DNA of 64,000 nucleotides from Antedon mediterranea (lineage: Eukaryota; Animalia; Echinodermata). The position numbers were made by a program, and so were the translations under genes. This document shows positions 26,878-41,236 of this stretch, one piece after another (position 1 is the first letter of the stretch; the number at the start of each line of letters is the position of its first letter). The stretch is from assembly GCF_964355755.1 (NCBI RefSeq), contig NC_092674.1, positions 15,686,001 to 15,750,000 on the forward strand, written 5' to 3'. Below the pieces are notes generated by a model. It was not told the origin of the DNA, made no database searches, and worked only from the letters and a program-made list of their open reading frames with translations.

Positions 26878-27043
26878 ATACTTACCTGGCACAGGAGCGA
26901 CTTTGATCAGGAAGGAATGTCCTCCCAAGATGAGGCCTCAGCATTGCACACACGGCTGCGGTTGACCCTTGCGATTCCCCCAAACGTGGGGAACTCGGGT
27001 GTATAATTTATGGTAGCGGGGGACTGCGTTCGCGCTAACCCCC
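26878..27043 (+). ncRNA. U1: U1 snRNA
   Basis: Same as the 1192 copy. Confidence 0.97.
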
Positions 27044-27310
27044 ACCCCAATTCGACATTAATATTAGATAAGCCTATGCAGTTCACGATAATCGTTAGTT
27101 TAATTAAGAACACTTGATATATAACTATTTATGGTTACATTATCTGTTTTGAAACTTTGTTGGTTTGTAACTATTTATTTTCCCTTAACAACTATTGGTA
27201 TAGCATATTGACAGGCGTTGAACGCTTCATAATTATTTCGAAGCGTACGAAGAATAATATCAAACTCTAGATTAAACAAAATCAAGTAGTCTATTATAGA
27301 ACTTACGTAT

Positions 27311-28090
27311 TTAAATAGTATGTACAGCGTTTAATTGTTCTGTTTCAGTTTGTAAGCAATGCTGTTTTTCTTCGCCATTTCTATCGCGGCAATTCAAGTG
27401 GTTTATGGATTGGAGATCTAGCTCCATCGGTGCATTGCGTGATATCGTATACAGGTATGCCACCCACTCGTTGTAAGTGTTGGATGTTACGTGGTACTTC
27501 GTTCCATTCACTATAATGATATATGGCAGATAGTATTGCCAACCGTCTGTCAATCGATACCTATAACAAGAAAACAACATTATTTATTAATAACGATGAT
27601 CATGTAAATAAATAATAAGGATAATCAATGGTATTTCTGTTAAAATTACAAATGTAAGGAGCATTACTAGTAAAATGACAAAAGTACTGTAACCGAATAA
27701 GAAATGTAAGTAAGTTGCAGGCAGTGAGTTTTATTTAAGAAAAGGTTATTACAAATAATGTGGTAGAAAGAAGTTTCGTATCGATCAGTAAATTACCTCT
27801 AAAGGCCAACATTGTTATTGCAATGAATAAGTTGGTTTAATAATGTAAATCACATACCTGTGTCTGTCAACCTTTTCGATATACGGAGATTCACTGAAGA
27901 TCTGTCGAACACATTCTCTGACATTCCTCATATTATACTTCTCCGGACAAATTTTATCAATAATGTGCAGCACGTTTAGAGAACCGCTGGTAGTATCTGG
28001 ACAACGGAGAAGAGCCGCCACAACAAGTTCTTGAAATGAGAGAGGCATCATCAATGTATCGGTGAGATCGGAGAACATCATGCAAGACAT
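27311..28090 (-). CDS. Forkhead-like gene, 163-bp deletion allele
   Basis: Same junction as 10917. Confidence 0.6.
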
Positions 28091-28574
28091 ATTTAGGTTA
28101 TTCGTCGTTCGGATAATAGTCGAATGGTAGCTTTTCAGATAATTCAGTTGACTTTAATAGTTGAATGCCGTAGAAATCAAAGGCACACCATTTTATAAAT
28201 GTCTTTGTCGGTTAGATATTAATGAAAGAACAAGAAAAACACAATAGAAACAATGGCTGCGTTGAGTAACGCGGGCGCAAACGCAACAATAAACAATTTT
28301 AAAACAATAGAAACGGTAAAGCAAAGAAAGCAGATGACACTTTAATGATTTGTCGGTATGAAATTACAACTTCCAATACTATTAAAAACAACTAGCATTT
28401 AAATTTAGTTGATATGAAAATATGTTTGAGAATAGACTACAGTTAATGTAAGTTACAGAAGAGTATATTACTATTTACATTATGACACTGTAACTGAATA
28501 TAAATACCAGAATGACACTTGTACAACGATACCAAGCCAATATGTCAGCTAAGAAGGTGGTATGGCGTTTAAGC

Positions 28575-28740
28575 ATACTTACCTGGCACAGGAGCGACTT
28601 TGATCAGGAAGGAATGTCCTCTCAAGATGAGGCCTCAGCATTGCACACACGGCTGCGGTTGACCCTTGCGATTCCCCCAAACGTGGGGAACTCGGGTGTA
28701 TAATTTATGGTAGCGGGGGACTGCGTTCGCGCTAACCCCC
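28575..28740 (+). ncRNA. U1: U1 snRNA (C48U variant)
   Basis: cctctc allele. Confidence 0.97.
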
Positions 28741-29098
28741 ACCCCAATTCGACATTAATATTAGATAAGCCTATGCAGTTCACGATAATCGTTAGTTTAA
28801 TTAAGAACACTTGATATATAACTATTTATGGTTACATTATCTGTTTTGAAACTTTGTTGGTTTGTAACTATTTATTTTCCCTTAACAACTATTGGTATAG
28901 CATATTGACAGGCGTTGAACGCTTCATAATTATTTCGAAGCGTACGAAGAATAATATCAAACTCTAGATTAAACAAAATCAAGTAGTCTATTATAGAACT
29001 TAGGTATTTAAATAATTTTATTACTTTCTGTTAAACGATAATTATATTTCACTTACAATATGTATTAAATGCTATTTATTTATAGATATTTTATTTAT

Positions 29099-29950
29099 TT
29101 ACATGTCATATTGTTCTTTTCGAAGAAGTTTGGCGATAGAAAACCTTTGACATTTTAGACTCAATGATGAAGACGTAGTATGTACAGCGTTTAATTGTTC
29201 TGTTTCAGTTTGTAAGCAATGCTGTTTTTCTTCGCCATTTCTATCGCTGCAATTCAAGTGGTTTATGGATTGGAGATCTAGCTCCATCGGTGCATTGCGT
29301 GATATCGTATACAGGTATGCCACCCACTCGTTGTAAGTGTTGGATGTTACGTGGTACTTCGTTCCATTCACTATAATGATATATGGCAGATAGTATTGCC
29401 AACCGTCTGTCAATCGATACCTATAACAAGAAAACAACATTATTTATTAATAACGATGATCATGTAAATAAATAATAAGGATAATCAATGGTATTTCTGT
29501 TAAAATTACAAATGTAAGGAGCATTACTAGTAAAATGACAAAAGTATTGTAACCGAATAAGTAATGTAAGTAAGTTGCAGGCAGTGAGTTTTATTTAAGA
29601 AAAGGTTATTACAAATAATGTGGTAGAAAGAAGTTTCGTATCGATCATTAAATTACCTGTAAAGGCCAACATTGTTATTGCAATGAATAAGTTGGTTTAA
29701 TAATGTAAATCACATACCTGTGTCTGTCAACCTTTTCGATATACGGAGATTCATTGAAGATCTGTCGAACACATTCTCTGACATTCCTCATATTATACTT
29801 CTCCGGACAAATTTTATCAATAATGTGCAGCACGTTTAGAGAACCGCTGGTAGTATCTGGACAACGGAGAAGAGCCGCCACAACAAGTTCTTGAAATGAG
29901 AGAGGCATCATCAATGTATCGGTGAGATCGGAGAACATCATGCAAGACAT
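29099..29950 (-). CDS. Forkhead-like two-exon gene, intact copy (S66N)
   Basis: Same structure. Confidence 0.7.
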
Positions 29951-30434
29951 ATTTAGGTTATTCGTCGTTCGGATAATAGTCGAATGGTAGCTTTTCAGAT
30001 AATTCAGTTGACTTTAATAGTTGAATGCCGTAGAAATCAAAGGCACACCATTTTATAAATGTCTTTGTCGGTTAGATATTAATGAAAGAACAAGAAAAAC
30101 ACAATAGAAACAATGGCTGCGTTGAGTAACGCGGGCGCAATCGCAACAATAAACAATTTTAAAACAATAGAAACGGTAAAGCAAAGAAAGCAGATGACAC
30201 TTTAATGATTTGTCGGTATGAAATTACAACTTCCAATACTATTAAAAACAACTAGCATTTAAATTTAGTTGATATGAAAATATGTTTGAGAATAGACTAC
30301 AGTTAATGTAAGTTACAGAAGAGTATATTACTATTTACATTATGACACTGTAACTGAATATAAATACCAGAATGACACTTGTACAACGATACCAAGCCAA
30401 TATGTCAGCTAAGAAGGTGGTATGGCGTTTAAGC

Positions 30435-30600
30435 ATACTTACCTGGCACAGGAGCGACTTTGATCAGGAAGGAATGTCCTCCCAAGATGAGGCCTCAGCA
30501 TTGCACACACGGCTGCGGTTGACCCTTGCGATTCCCCCAAACGTGGGGAACTCGGGTGTATAATTTATGGTAGCGGGGGACTGCGTTCGCGCTAACCCCC
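30435..30600 (+). ncRNA. U1: U1 snRNA
   Basis: Same as the 1192 copy. Confidence 0.97.
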
Positions 30601-30958
30601 ACCCCAATTCGACATTAATATTAGATAAGCCTATGCAGTTCACGATAATCGTTAGTTTAATTAAGAACACTTGATATATAACTATTTATGGTTACATTAT
30701 CTGTTTTGAAACTTTGTTGGTTTGTAACTATTTATTTTCCCTTAACAACTATTGGTATAGCATATTGACAGGCGTTGAACGCTTCATAATTATTTCGAAG
30801 CGTACGAAGAATAATATCAAACTCTAGATTAAACAAAATCAAGTAGTCTATTATAGAACTTAGGTATTTAAATAATTTTATTACTTTCTGTTAAACGATA
30901 ATTATATTTCACTTACAATATGTATTAAATGCTATTTATTTATAGATATTTTATTTAT

Positions 30959-31810
30959 TTACATGTCATATTGTTCTTTTCGAAGAAGTTTGGCGATAGA
31001 AAACCTTTGACATTTTAGACTCAATGATGAAGACGTAGTATGTACAGCGTTTAATTGTTCTGTTTCAGTTTGTAAGCAATGCTGTTTTTCTTCGCCATTT
31101 CTATCGCTGCAATTCAAGTGGTTTATGGATTGGAGATCTAGCTCCATCGGTGCATTGCGTGATATCGTATACAGGTATGCCACCCACTCGTTGTAAGTGT
31201 TGGATGTTACGTGGTACTTCGTTCCATTCACTATAATGATATATGGCAGATAGTATTGCCAACCGTCTGTCAATCGATACCTATAACAAGAAAACAACAT
31301 TATTTATTAATAACGATGATCATGTAAATAAATAATAAGGATAATCAATGGTATTTCTGTTAAAATTACAAATGTAAGGAGCATTACTAGTAAAATGACA
31401 AAAGTACTGTAACCGAATAAGAAATGTAAGTAAGTTGCAGGCAGTGAGTTTTATTTAAGAAAAGGTTATTACAAATAATGTGGTAGAAAGAAGTTTCGTA
31501 TCGATCAGTAAATTACCTCTAAAGGCCAACATTGTTATTGCAATGAATAAGTTGGTTTAATAATGTAAATCACATACCTGTGTCTGTCAACCTTTTCGAT
31601 ATACGGAGATTCACTGAAGATCTGTCGAACACATTCTCTGACATTCCTCATATTATACTTCTCCGGACAAATTTTATCAATAATGTGCAGCACGTTTAGA
31701 GAACCGCTGGTAGTATCTGGACAACGGAGAAGAGCCGCCACAACAAGTTCTTGAAATGAGAGAGGCATCATCAATGTATCGGTGAGATCGGAGAACATCA
31801 TGCAAGACAT
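30959..31810 (-). CDS. Forkhead-like two-exon gene, intact copy
   Basis: Same structure. Confidence 0.7.
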
Positions 31811-32294
31811 ATTTAGGTTATTCGTCGTTCGGATAATAGTCGAATGGTAGCTTTTCAGATAATTCAGTTGACTTTAATAGTTGAATGCCGTAGAAATCAA
31901 AGGCACACCATTTTATAAATGTCTTTGTCGGTTAGATATTAATGAAAGAACAAGAAAAACACAATAGAAACAATGGCTGCGTTGAGTAACGCGGGCGCAA
32001 TCGCAACAATAAACAATTTTAAAACAATAGAAACGGTAAAGCAAAGAAAGCAGATGACACTTTAATGATTTGTCGGTATGAAATTACAACTTCCAATACT
32101 ATTAAAAACAACTAGCATTTAAATTTAGTTGATATGAAAATATGTTTGAGAATAGACTACAGTTAATGTAAGTTACAGAAGAGTATATTACTATTTACAT
32201 TATGACACTGTAACTGAATATAAATACCAGAATGACACTTGTACAACGATACCAAGCCAATATGTCAGCTAAGAAGGTGGTATGGCGTTTAAGC

Positions 32295-32460
32295 ATACTT
32301 ACCTGGCACAGGAGCGACTTTGATCAGGAAGGAATGTCCTCCCAAGATGAGGCCTCAGCATTGCACACACGGCTGCGGTTGACCCTTGCGATTCCCCCAA
32401 ACGTGGGGAACTCGGGTGTATAATTTATGGTAGCGGGGGACTGCGTTCGCGCTAACCCCC
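32295..32460 (+). ncRNA. U1: U1 snRNA
   Basis: Same as the 1192 copy. Confidence 0.97.
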
Positions 32461-32818
32461 ACCCCAATTTGACATTAATATTAGATAAGCCTATGCAGTT
32501 CACGATAATCGTTAGTTTAATTAAGAACACTTGATATATAACTATTTATGGTTACATTATCTGTTTTGAAACTTTGTTGGTTTGTAACTATTTATTTTCC
32601 CTTAACAACTATTGGTATAGCATATTGACAGGCGTTGAACGCTTCATAATTATTTCGAAGCGTACGAAGAATAATATCAAACTCTAGATTAAACAAAATC
32701 AAGTAGTCTATTATAGAACTTAGGTATTTAAATAATTTTATTACTTTCTGTTAAACGATAATTATATTTCACTTACAATATGTATTAAATGCTATTTATT
32801 TATAGATATTTTATTTAT

Positions 32819-33670
32819 TTACATGTCATAGTGTTCTTTTCGAAGAAGTTTGGCGATAGAAAACCTTTGACATTTTAGACTCAATGATGAAGACGTAGTA
32901 TGTACAGCGTTTAATTGTTCTGTTTCAGTTTGTAAGCAATGCTGTTTTTCTTCGCCATTTCTATCGCTGCAATTCAAGTGGTTTATGGATTGGAGATCTA
33001 GCTCCATCGGTGCATTGCGTGATATCGTATACAGGTATGCCACCCACTCGTTGTAAGTGTTGGATGTTACGTGGTACTTCGTTCCATTCACTATAATGAT
33101 ATATGGCAGATAGTATTGCCAACCGTCTGTCAATCGATACCTATAACAAGAAAACAACATTATTTATTAATAACGATGATCATGTAAATAAATAATAAGG
33201 ATAATCAATGGTATTTCTGTTAAAATTACAAATGTAAGGAGCATTACTAGTAAAATGACAAAAGTACTGTAACCGAATAAGAAATGTAAGTAAGTTGCAG
33301 GCAGTGAGTTTTATTTAAGAAAAGGTTATTACAAATAATGTGGTAGAAAGAAGTTTCGTATCGATCAGTAAATTACCTCTAAAGGCCAACATTGTTATTG
33401 CAATAAATAAGTTGGTTTAATAATGTAAATCACATACCTGTGTCTGTCAACCTTTTCGATATACGGAGATTCACTGAAGATCTGTCGAACACATTCTCTG
33501 ACATTCCTCATATTATACTTCTCCGGACAAATTTTATCAATAATGTGCAGCACGTTTAGAGAACCGCTGGTAGTATCTGGACAACGGAGAAGAGCCGCCA
33601 CAACAAGTTCTTGAAATGAGAGAGGCATCATCAATGTATCGGTGAGATCGGAGAACATCATGCAAGACAT
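32819..33670 (-). CDS. Forkhead-like two-exon gene, intact copy
   Basis: Same structure. Confidence 0.7.
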
Positions 33671-34154
33671 ATTTAGGTTATTCGTCGTTCGGATAATAGT
33701 CGAATGGTAGCTTTTCAAATAATTCAGTTGACTTTAATAGTTGAATGCCGTAGAAATCAAAGGCACACCATTTTATAAATGTCTTTGTCGGTTAGATATT
33801 AATGAAAGAACAAGAAAAACACAATAGAAACAATGGCTGCGTTGAGTAACGCGGGCGCAATCGCAACAATAAACAATTTTAAAACAATAGAAACGGTAAA
33901 GCAAAGAAAGCAGATGACACTTTAATGATTTGTCGGTATGAAATTACAACTTCCAATACTATTAAAAACAACTAGCATTTAAATTTAGTTGATATGAAAA
34001 TATGTTTGAGAATAGACTACAGTTAATGTAAGTTACAGAAGAGTATATTACTATTTACATTATGACACTGTAACTGAATATAAATACCAGAATGACACTT
34101 GTACAACGATACCAAGCCAATATGTCAGCTAAGAAGGTGGTATGGCGTTTAAGC

Positions 34155-34320
34155 ATACTTACCTGGCACAGGAGCGACTTTGATCAGGAAGGAATGTCCT
34201 CCCAAGATGAGGCCTCAGCATTGCACACACGGCTGCGGTTGACCCTTGCGATTCCCCCAAACGTGGGGAACTCGGGTGTATAATTTATGGTAGCGGGGGA
34301 CTGCGTTCGCGCTAACCCCC
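34155..34320 (+). ncRNA. U1: U1 snRNA
   Basis: Same as the 1192 copy. Confidence 0.97.
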
Positions 34321-34678
34321 ACCCCAATTCGACATTAATATTAGATAAGCCTATGCAGTTCACGATAATCGTTAGTTTAATTAAGAACACTTGATATATA
34401 ACTATTTATGGTTACATTATCTGTTTTGAAACTTTGTTGGTTTGTAACTATTTATTTTCCCTTAACAACTATTGGTATAGCATATTGACAGGCGTTGAAC
34501 GCTTCATAATTATTTCGAAGCGTACGAAGAATAATATCAAACTCTAGATTAAACAAAATCAAGTAGTCTATTATAGAACTTAGGTATTTAAATAATTTTA
34601 TTACTTTCTGTTAAACGATAATTATATTTCACTTACAATATGTATTAAATGCTATTTATTTATAGATATTTTATTTAT

Positions 34679-35530
34679 TTACATGTCATATTGTTCTTTT
34701 CGAAGAAGTTTGGCGATAGAAAACCTTTGACATTTTAGACTCAATGATGAAGACGTAGTATGTACAGCGTTTAATTGTTCTGTTTCAGTTTGTAAGCAAT
34801 GCTGTTTTTCTTCGCCATTTCTATCGCTGCAATTCAAGTGGTTTATGGATTGGAGATCTAGCTCCATCGGTGCATTGCGTGATATCGTATACAGGTATGC
34901 CACCCACTCGTTGTAAGTGTTGGATGTTACGTGGTACTTCGTTCCATTCACTATAATGATATATGGCAGATAGTATTGCCAACCGTCTGTCAATCGATAC
35001 CTATAACAAGAAAACAACATTATTTATTAATAACGATGATCATGTAAATAAATAATAAGGATAATCAATGGTATTTCTGTTAAAATTACAAATGTAAGGA
35101 GCATTACTAGTAAAATGACAAAAGTACTGTAACCGAATAAGTAATGTAAGTAAGTTGCAGGCAGTGAGTTTTATTTAAGAAAAGGTTATTACAAATAATG
35201 TGGTAGAAAGAAGTTTCGTATCGATCAGTAAATTACCTGTAAAGGCCAACATTGTTATTGCAATGAATAAGTTGGTTTAATAATGTAAATCACATACCTG
35301 TGTCTGTCAACCTTTTCGATATACGGAGATTCACTGAAGATCTGTCGAACACATTCTCTGACATTCCTCATATTATACTTCTCCGGACAAATTTTATCAA
35401 TAATGTGCAGCACGTTTAGAGAACCGCTGGTAGTATCTGGACAACGGAGAAGAGCCGCCACAACAAGTTCTTGAAATGAGAGAGGCATCATCAATGTATC
35501 GGTGAGATCGGAGAACATCATGCAAGACAT
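34679..35530 (-). CDS. Forkhead-like two-exon gene, intact copy
   Basis: Same structure. Confidence 0.7.
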
Positions 35531-36014
35531 ATTTAGGTTATTCGTCGTTCGGATAATAGTCGAATGGTAGCTTTTCAGATAATTCAGTTGACTTTAATAG
35601 TTGAATGCCGTAGAAATCAAAGGCACACCATTTTATAAATGTCTTTGTCGGTTAGATATTAATGAAAGAACAAGAAAAACACAATAGAAACAATGGCTGC
35701 GTTGAGTAACGCGGGCGCAATCGCAACAATAAACAATTTTAAAACAATAGAAACGGTAAAGCAAAGAAAGCAGATGACACTTTAATGATTTGTCGGTATG
35801 AAATTACAACTTCCAATACTATTAAAAACAACTAGCATTTAAATTTAGTTGATATGAAAATATGTTTGAGAATAGACTACAGTTAATGTAAGTTACAGAA
35901 GAGTATATTACTATTTACATTATGACACTGTAACTGAATATAAATACCAGAATGACACTTGTACAACGATACCAAGCCAATATGTCAGCTAAGAAGGTGG
36001 TATGGCGTTTAAGC

Positions 36015-36180
36015 ATACTTACCTGGCACAGGAGCGACTTTGATCAGGAAGGAATGTCCTCCCAAGATGAGGCCTCAGCATTGCACACACGGCTGCGGTT
36101 GACCCTTGCGATTCCCCCAAACGTGGGGAACTCGGGTGTATAATTTATGGTAGCGGGGGACTGCGTTCGCGCTAACCCCC
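36015..36180 (+). ncRNA. U1: U1 snRNA
   Basis: Same as the 1192 copy. Confidence 0.97.
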
Positions 36181-36538
36181 ACCCCAATTCGACATTAATA
36201 TTAGATAAGCCTATGCAGTTCACGATAATCGTTAGTTTAATTAAGAACACTTGATATATAACTATTTATGGTTACATTATCTGTTTTGAAACTTTGTTGG
36301 TTTGTAACTATTTATTTTTCCTTAACAACTATTGGTATAGCATATTGACAGGCGTTGAACGCTTCATAATTATTTCGAAGCGTACGAAGAATAATATCAA
36401 ACTCTAGATTAAACAAAATCAAGTAGTCTATTATAGAACTTAGGTATTTAAATAATTTTATTACTTTCTGTTAAACGATAATTATATTTCACTTACAATA
36501 TGTATTAAATGCTATTTATTTATAGATATTTTATTTAT

Positions 36539-37390
36539 TTACATGTCATATTGTTCTTTTCGAAGAAGTTTGGCGATAGAAAACCTTTGACATTTTAGAC
36601 TCAATGATGAAGACGTAGTATGTACAGCGTTTAATTGTTCTGTTTCAGTTTGTAAGCAATGCTGTTTTTCTTCGCCATTTCTATCGCTGCAATTCAAGTG
36701 GTTTATGGATTGGAGATCTAGCTCCATCGGTGCATTGCGTGATATCGTATACAGGTATGCCACCCACTCGTTGTAAGTGTTGGATGTTACGTGGTACTTC
36801 GTTCCATTCACTATAATGATATATGGCAGATAGTATTGCCAACCGTCTGTCAATCGATACCTATAACAAGAAAACAACATTATTTATTAATAACGATGAT
36901 CATGTAAATAAATAATAAGGATAATCAATGGTATTTCTGTTAAAATTACAAATGTAAGGAGCATTACTAGTAAAATGACAAAAGTACTGTAACCGAATAA
37001 GAAATGTAAGTAAGTTGCAGGCAGTGAGTTTTATTTAAGAAAAGGTTATTACAAATAATGTGGTAGAAAGAAGTTTCGTATCGATCAGTAAATTACCTCT
37101 AAAGGCCAACATTGTTATTGCAATGAATAAGTTGGTTTAATAATGTAAATCACATACCTGTGTCTGTCAACCTTTTCGATATACGGAGATTCACTGAAGA
37201 TCTGTCGAACACATTCTCTGACATTCCTCATATTATACTTCTCCGGACAAATTTTATCAATAATGTGCAGCACGTTTAGAGAACCGCTGGTAGTATCTGG
37301 ACAACGGAGAAGAGCCGCCACAACAAGTTCTTGAAATGAGAGAGGCATCATTAATGTATCGGTGAGATCGGAGAACATCATGCAAGACAT
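36539..37390 (-). CDS. Forkhead-like two-exon gene, intact copy
   Basis: Same structure. Confidence 0.7.
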
Positions 37391-37874
37391 ATTTAGGTTA
37401 TTTGTCGTTCGGATAATAGTCGAATGGTAGCTTTTTAGATAATTCAGTTGACTTTAATAGTTGAATGCCGTAGAAATCAAAGGCACACCATTTTATAAAT
37501 GTCTTTGTCGGTTAGATATTAATGAAAGAACAAGAAAAACACAATAGAAACAATGGCTGCGTTGAGTAACGCGGGCGCAATCGCAACAATAAACAATTTT
37601 AAAACAATAGAAACGGTAAAGCAAAGAAAGCAGATGACACTTTAATGATTTGTCGGTATGAAATTACAACTTCCAATACTATTAAAAACAACTAGCATTT
37701 AAATTTAGTTGATATGAAAATATGTTTGAGAATAGACTACAGTTAATGTAAGTTACAGAAGAGTATATTACTATTTACATTATGACACTGTAACTGAATA
37801 TAAATACCAGAATGACACTTGTACAACGATACCAAGCCAATATGTCAGCTAAGAAGGTGGTATGGCGTTTAAGC

Positions 37875-38040
37875 ATACTTACCTGGCACAGGAGCGACTT
37901 TGACCAGGAAGGAATGTCCTCTCAAGATGAGGCCTCAGCATTGCACACACGGCTGCGGTTGACCCTTGCGATTCCCCCAAACGTGGGGAACTCGGGTGTA
38001 TAATTTATGGTAGCGGGGGACTGCGTTCGCGCTAACCCCC
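37875..38040 (+). ncRNA. U1: U1 snRNA variant (C48U; SL1 loop GACCAGGAAG)
   Basis: tgaccaggaa at 37901. Confidence 0.95.
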
Positions 38041-38398
38041 ACCCCAATTCGACATTAATATTAGATAAGCCTATGCAGTTCACGATAATCGTTAGTTTAA
38101 TTAAGAACACTTGATATATAACTATTTATGGTTACATTATCTGTTTTGAAACTTTGTTGGTTTGTAACTATTTATTTTCCCTTAACAACTATTGGTATAG
38201 CATATTGACAGGCGTTGAACGCTTCATAATTATTTCGAAGCGTACGAAGAATAATATCAAACTCTAGATTAAACAAAATCAAGTAGTCTATTATAGAACT
38301 TAGGTATTTAAATAATTTTATTACTTTCTGTTAAACGATAATTATATTTCACTTACAATATGTATTAAATGCTATTTATTTATAGATACTTTATTTAT

Positions 38399-38990
38399 TT
38401 ACATGTCATATTGTTCTTTTCGAAGAAGTTTGGCGATAGAAAACCTTTGACATTTTAGACTCAATGATGAAGACGTAGTATGTACAGCGTTTAATTGTTC
38501 TGTTTCAGTTTGTAAGCAATGCTGTTTTTCTTCGCCATTTCTATCGCTGCAATTCAAGTGGTTTATGGATTGGAGATCTAGCTCCATCGGTGCATTGCGT
38601 GATATCGTATACAGGTATGCCACCCACTCGTTGTAAGTGTTGGATGTTACGTGGTACTTCGTTCCATTCACTATAATGATATATGGCAGATAGTATTGCC
38701 AACCGTCTGTCAATCGATACCTATAACAAGAAAACAACATTATTTATTAATAACGATGATCATGTAAATAAATAATAAGGATAATCAATGGTATTTCTGT
38801 TAAAATTACAAATGTAAGGAGCATTACTAGTAAAATGACAAAAGTACTGTAACCGAATAAGAAATGTAAGTAAGTTGCAGGCAGTGAGTTTTATTTAAGA
38901 AAAGGTTATTACAAATAATGTGGTAGAAAGAAGTTTCGTATCGATCAGTAAATTACCTCTAAAGGACAACATTGTTATTGCAATGAATAA
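38399..38990 (-). pseudogene. Forkhead-like gene remnant (exon 2 and most of the intron only)
   Basis: The 882-bp deletion removes the donor, exon 1 and the promoter. Confidence 0.65.
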
Positions 38991-39018
38991 GCGGGGGACT
39001 GCGTTCGCGCTAACCCCC
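38990..39018 (+). pseudogene. U1 remnant (stem-loop 4 only)
   Basis: TGAATA-AG-CGGGGGACTGCGTTCGCGC junction with AG microhomology. Confidence 0.9.
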
Positions 39019-39376
39019 ACCCCAATTCGACATTAATATTAGATAAGCCTATGCAGTTCACGATAATCGTTAGTTTAATTAAGAACACTTGATATATAAC
39101 TATTTATGGTTACATTATCTGTTTTGAAACTTTGTTGGTTTGTAACTATTTATTTTCCCTTAACAACTATTGGTATAGCATATTGACAGGCGTTGAACGC
39201 TTCATAATTATTTCGAAGCGTACGAAGAATAATATCAAACTCTAGATTAAACAAAATCAAGTAGTCTATTATAGAACTTAGGTATTTAAATAATTTTATT
39301 ACTTTCTGTTAAACGATAATTATATTTCACTTACAATATGTATTAAATGCTATTTATTTATAGATACTTTATTTAT

Positions 39377-40228
39377 TTACATGTCATATTGTTCTTTTCG
39401 AAGAAGTTTGGCGATAGAAAACCTTTGACATTTTAGACTCAATGATGAAGACGTAGTATGTACAGCGTTTAATTGTTCTGTTTCAGTTTGTAAGCAATGC
39501 TGTTTTTCTTCGCCATTTCTATCGCTGCAATTCAAGTGGTTTATGGATTGGAGATCTAGCTCCATCGGTGCATTGCGTGATATCGTATACAGGTATGCCA
39601 CCCACTCGTTGTAAGTGTTGGATGTTACGTGGTACTTCGTTCCATTCACTATAATGATATATGGCAGATAGTATTGCCAACCGTCTGTCAATCGATACCT
39701 ATAACAAGAAAACAACATTATTTATTAATAACGATGATCATGTAAATAAATAATAAGGATAATCAATGGTATTTCTGTTAAAATTACAAATGTAAGGAGC
39801 ATTACTAGTAAAATGACAAAAGTACTGTAACCGAATAAGAAATGTAAGTAAGTTGCAGGCAGTGAGTTTTATTTAAGAAAAGGTTATTACAAATAATGTG
39901 GTAGAAAGAAGTTTCGTATCGATCAGTAAATTACCTCTAAAGGCCAACATTGTTATTGCAATGAATAAGTTGGTTTAATAATGTAAATCACATACCTGTG
40001 TCTGTCAACCTTTTCGATATACGGAGATTCACTGAAGATCTGTCGAACACATTCTCTGACATTCCTCATATTATACTTCTCCGGACAAATTTTATCAATA
40101 ATGTGCAGCACGTTTAGAGAACCGCTGGTAGTATCTGGACAACGGAGAAGAGCCGCCACAACAAGTTCTTGAAATGAGAGAGGCATCATCAATGTATCGG
40201 TGAGATCGGAGAACATCATGCAAGACAT
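39377..40228 (-). CDS. Forkhead-like two-exon gene, intact copy
   Basis: Same structure. Confidence 0.7.
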
Positions 40229-40712
40229 ATTTAGGTTATTCGTCGTTCGGATAATAGTCGAATGGTAGCTTTTCAGATAATTCAGTTGACTTTAATAGTT
40301 GAATGCCGTAGAAATCAAAGGCACACCATTTTATAAATGTCTTTGTCGGTTAGATATTAATGAAAGAACAAGAAAAACACAATAGAAACAATGGCTGCGT
40401 TGAGTAACGCGGGCGCAATCGCAACAATAAACAATTTTAAAACAATAGAAACGGTAAAGCAAAGAAAGCAGATGACACTTTAATGATTTGTCGGTATGAA
40501 ATTACAACTTCCAATACTATTAAAAACAACTAGCATTTAAATTTAGTTGATATGAAAATATGTTTGAGAATAGACTACAGTTAATGTAAGTTACAGAAGA
40601 GTATATTACTATTTACATTATGACACTGTAACTGAATATAAATACCAGAATGACACTTGTACAACGATACCAAGCCAATATGTCAGCTAAGAAGGTGGTA
40701 TGGCGTTTAAGC

Positions 40713-40878
40713 ATACTTACCTGGCACAGGAGCGACTTTGATCAGGAAGGAATGTCCTCCCAAGATGAGGCCTCAGCATTGCACACACGGCTGCGGTTGA
40801 CCCTTGCGATTCCCCCAAACGTGGGGAACTCGGGTGTATAATTTATGGTAGCGGGGGACTGCGTTCGCGCTAACCCCC
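40713..40878 (+). ncRNA. U1: U1 snRNA
   Basis: Same as the 1192 copy. Confidence 0.97.
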
Positions 40879-41236
40879 ACCCCAATTCGACATTAATATT
40901 AGATAAGCCTATGCAGTTCACGATAATCGTTAGTTTAATTAAGAACACTTGATATATAACTATTTATGGTTACATTATCTGTTTTGAAACTTTGTTGGTT
41001 TGTAACTATTTATTTTCCCTTAACAACTATTGGTATAGCATATTGACAGGCGTTGAACGCTTCATAATTATTTCGAAGCGTACGAAGAATAATATCAAAC
41101 TCTAGATTAAACAAAATCAAGTAGTCTATTATAGAACTTAGGTATTTAAATAATTTTATTACTTTCTGTTAAACGATAATTATATTTCACTTACAATATG
41201 TATTAAATGCTATTTATTTATAGATACTTTATTTAT

